A stretch of 38,095 nt of DNA from Acidobacteriota bacterium. GTDB lineage: Bacteria; Acidobacteriota; Vicinamibacteria; Vicinamibacterales; 2-12-FULL-66-21. Numbering within the stretch: position 1 is the stretch's first letter; each line of letters starts with the position of its first letter. The notes under the pieces are model-generated. The model ran no database searches, was not told where the DNA came from, and was given only the letters and a program-made list of their open reading frames with translations. The position numbers and the translations under genes are program-made. Location: positions 1 to 38,095 of the forward strand of contig JBKPRU010000234.1 of assembly GCA_046734675.1 (NCBI GenBank), given 5' to 3'. Of this stretch, positions 36,800-38,095 are shown piece after piece.

Positions 36800-38095
36800 T
36801 CAGATGTCCAGGTTCTTCACGTCGAGCGCGTTGTCTTCGATGAACTTGCGGCGCGGTTCGACCTGGTCGCCCATCAGGGTCGTGAACATCAGGTCCGCTT
36901 CGGTGTGGTCTTCGGCCTTCACCTGCAGCAGCGTCCGCTTCGCCGGATCCATCGTGGTTTCCCACAAGGTGTCCGGGTTCATCTCGCCAAGGCCCTTGTA
37001 GCGGTTGATCGCGACGCCCTTCTTGCCGGCGGCGGTGAAGAACTCGACGAGATCATCGAGAGACTCCACACGCACTTCGGATTCCTTGCCTTTCGCCGCG
37101 GCCTTGATGGCAGCGGGAAGCGAGCTAGCGTCCGGGACCTTCGGTTCCGCGGCAAGCTTCGTCGCGGCGTCGAGGGGCGCGCCGCCGATCGCCGTGTCGT
37201 TCGCCGTTGCCTGCGCCGTCTCGTCGGAGGACGCGTCCTCCGGTTCCGTCGAGCCGACCGTCTTCACGATCATCGGACCGCGCACGTCCTTGACTTCGTG
37301 GTAGCTCTGCGAGAGCGTGCGGAACTCGCTGGTCGACACGAAATCCGTATCGATTCGATGGTGCCGCGGGTAGCCGCTGCTCCGGTCTTCGATGACGATG
37401 CTGAAGGCCTGGTGCTCTTCGTCGGGATGGATGCTGGCCGACCGCGTCGGGCCGTTCAACATATCCGCGAATGCCTGGAGCTGCTCGCGATCGGTGAAGA
37501 AGCTCTTGTCGACGCGCGGCACGCCGCGATCGAGCAGTGCCGTAATGACGTCGCGGGTCGGGCCGCGGCGCTCGACGACCTGCAGGTACTTGTGGAACTG
37601 ACCGAGCCGCTCGAGCGTGCGTTCCAGCTCGGCGCCCGAGATCTCGCGTCCGTCCGGCAGAACCACCACTCGTGATTCGACGGCGCGACGAATCAGCCAG
37701 CTCTCCATCTCGCGCTCGTCGCGGATGAAGTGCTCGCTCCGTCCCCTCTTGGCGCGGAAGAGCGGCGGCTGCGCGATGTAGACGTAGCCGGAGTCGACGA
37801 GCGCTCGCATCTGCCGATAGAAGAACGTCAGCAGCAGCGTGCGGATGTGCGAACCGTCGACGTCCGCGTCGGTCATGATGATGATGCGGTGGTAGCGGAG
37901 CTTCCCGGGATCGAAGTCCTCGATGCCGATGCCGGTGCCGAGCGCTGCGATCATGGTCTTGATCTCGTCGCTGCTGAGCATCTTGTCGAAACGCGCCTTC
38001 TCGACGTTGAGGATCTTGCCTTTGATTGGCAGAATCGCCTGGAAGCGCCGGTCGCGGCCCTGCTTGGCCGAGCCGCCGGCGGACTCTCCCTCGAC
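36800..38095 (-). CDS. gyrB: DNA gyrase subunit B, C-terminal part (5' end outside the window)
   Basis: [64 protein letters not shown]...[17 protein letters not shown]. Confidence 0.97.
   Translation of the reverse strand, partial: VEGESAGGSAKQGRDRRFQAILPIKGKILNVEKARFDKMLSSDEIKTMIAALGTGIGIEDFDPGKLRYHRIIIMTDADVDGSHIRTLLLTFFYRQMRALVDSGYVYIAQPPLFRAKRGRSEHFIRDEREMESWLIRRAVESRVVVLPDGREISGAELERTLERLGQFHKYLQVVERRGPTRDVITALLDRGVPRVDKSFFTDREQLQAFADMLNGPTRSASIHPDEEHQAFSIVIEDRSSGYPRHHRIDTDFVSTSEFRTLSQSYHEVKDVRGPMIVKTVGSTEPEDASSDETAQATANDTAIGGAPLDAATKLAAEPKVPDASSLPAAIKAAAKGKESEVRVESLDDLVEFFTAAGKKGVAINRYKGLGEMNPDTLWETTMDPAKRTLLQVKAEDHTEADLMFTTLMGDQVEPRRKFIEDNALDVKNLDI

Overview
A GC-rich bacterial chromosomal segment, most likely Acidobacteriota (an ADOP-type permease with its PadR regulator is the clue; the assignment is inferred). 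Housekeeping genes include serS, galU, rsmI, glmU-glmS, ppa, a split leuCD / LysR / leuAB cluster, pcrA/uvrD, gyrA, partial gyrB and tRNA-Ser(TGA). Accessory modules include a MarR-ClC-TPR-ClC operon, an XRE/membrane/methyltransferase operon, DinB, a di-heme c protein, YtrA-GntR/SPFH, a broken four-helix-bundle gene between inverted heptamer tracts, and GTAG-type REPs around gyrA. The most striking feature is a complete Leu/Val/Ile-type ribosome-dependent attenuator (8317-8477). It controls no enzyme, only a 57-aa acidic protein ending PAEEPGYGHGV. LeuA, 18 kb away, lacks its leucine-binding regulatory domain and ends [10 protein letters not shown], with synonymous codon differences in the shared hexapeptide. 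This suggests an undescribed tail-mimic (decoy) mechanism of leucine-pathway control. All calls come from reading the sequence; no database searches were run.
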